DNA of 48,588 nucleotides from Trypethelium eluteriae (Eukaryota): NCBI GenBank assembly GCA_051942245.1, contig JAVECL010000015.1, positions 62,001 to 110,588 of the forward strand, read 5' to 3'. Shown piece by piece: positions 47,340 to 48,588 of this stretch (position 1 is its first letter; each line of letters starts with the position of its first letter). The notes under the pieces were generated by a model. It saw only the letters and a program-made list of their open reading frames with translations, ran no database searches and was not told where the DNA came from. The position numbers and the translations under genes were made by a program.

Positions 47340-48588
47340 CTCTAAAACAGAGGCAAAGAACAAGGCCAAGTGAAGCATCGTGTGTAATCGTAGGCAGTGC
47401 AGTAGCGCGACGTGCCAGAATGCAAGATCTCCGTCAAACCCCATCGAATCGGAACCTGTGACTCATAAAAGGTCGGAGACGGGGCAAGAAGTCGTAAAAA
47501 TCCGAGCACCGGGAGAATGAGAAATGAACAGGCGCGCGCATATTTGGCAATGGTATCGTTCGCAATGAGTGGACCAAAAAGAAAGCGCAAAGCTGAGTCG
47601 AAATGCAGCGAGAGGAGGGAGAAAGCCATCTAGCTCTCTTACCAGAAATCCACCGCTTTTAAAATGATCCAACAGCAACACAGAAATCTCCACGCCAACC
47701 CATAAAATCCACTGACCCCAAGTTCCTCGTGATGTAATGTGTCTCTAAGTCAATTGCTGCAAATAACCCAAACTCTCTGCAAATATTCTCAATCGTGAAT
47801 GTTCTCAAGTCAAGAAAATGAAGTGACCGGATCCGGGCTCCTGTAAGTAGGAAAAGCATGATAAGTGGGCAACAAAAAAAAAAAAAGGTATTTCAGAGAT
47901 TCTGTATGGTTGTCGATCCAGGTAGATCGGTCCAGTAGTTTGGTGAGAGACCCGTATTGTGTAGCATCGCTTTTGCACCTAAATGGCTTTTGGTAGATTA
48001 TAGGGTGTAGATTCTCATGTCCTGGTGCTGCCCTAGCCATTGCTATCGGGCTGCCATCGGATTGGTCGACCCCGGGGAAGCTTCCAGTAAGACTTTCGGT
48101 ACCGCTTTCGTTTCCGGCATCGCAATCGCCACGATGAGTCTGCATACAGCAAAGCTATCGAAGTCCATGCGAACCTACGCCTCCTCCATCAAACTTTCAT
48201 CGCCACCCTCCCTCCACTCCCGACTCTTCTCGGCCAATCTCCTGATGCCCGGTATCCTTCCAGCCCACAGTGCCTCGCTGGGCGATCGGAAGGTGTAGGC
48301 CCGCTGTGAACTGATGACTCCGATCGCCTGCAGGACTGCCTTTCTGGAGTCCCTTGAGAAGACTGCGGGATGATTGATCCACTCGAGCGACGACTCTAGC
48401 TCTGCATCTAATGCCGCCATCGTTGTGGCGTCGATTCCGGTTGCTGGCGTGAACGCGTTAGAGGCATCAAAGTGTGGGGGTGAGGGTGTGCGCCGGGCTT
48501 CCCCTGAATTGGAGGCTTCGCCATCCTTGGCGGACGAGTTAGAGGAGGGAGCTTCATTAGGATCCTTGGGAGCGCCGGCGGGTGGGGG
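47340..48588 (-). pseudogene. Degenerate coding region running off the window edge, possibly tyrosine-recombinase-derived
   Basis: Several short protein-like frames separated by stops and an A13 run (47874-47886); includes LIMLFLLTGARIRSL and VLLLDHFKSG. Confidence 0.3.

Noticed and set aside
1..48588. tRNA, rRNA or CRISPR arrays
   Set aside because: No cloverleaf/T-loop context, rRNA-like segment or regularly spaced repeats seen by eye; tRNAscan-SE/Infernal would be needed to exclude small ncRNAs.

Overview
Eukaryotic genomic DNA from a filamentous ascomycete (Pezizomycotina): short GT-AG introns with CTRAC-type branch sites and a typical fungal gene set. Conserved housekeeping genes (TTI1, VMS1/ANKZF1, an Nrd1/Mrn1-type 4-RRM protein, ALG8, ITC1, SNX41/Atg20-family, an NFKBIL1-like protein, an NSRP1/CCDC55-like protein) alternate with three accessory patches (~5-18 kb, ~31-36.4 kb, ~44.2-48.6 kb). 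The most interesting locus is a head-to-head pair. One gene encodes a ~1160-codon helical-repeat + CHAT (caspase-like) protease with a single in-frame TGA just before its catalytic core. The other encodes a beta-rich domain I cannot name, fused to a SesB/SERAC1-like alpha/beta-hydrolase. Together they are a candidate protease/effector cell-death or immunity module. Also present: a frameshifted secreted M35 metalloprotease, a BTB protein, an HSL-family esterase with Thr in place of the catalytic Ser, a decayed HeLo-like/NACHT NLR, two ~240-250 bp TIR elements, a GC-AG first intron in ITC1 and a possible decayed tyrosine-recombinase gene at the right edge. All family assignments come from motif recognition by eye; no database searches were run.
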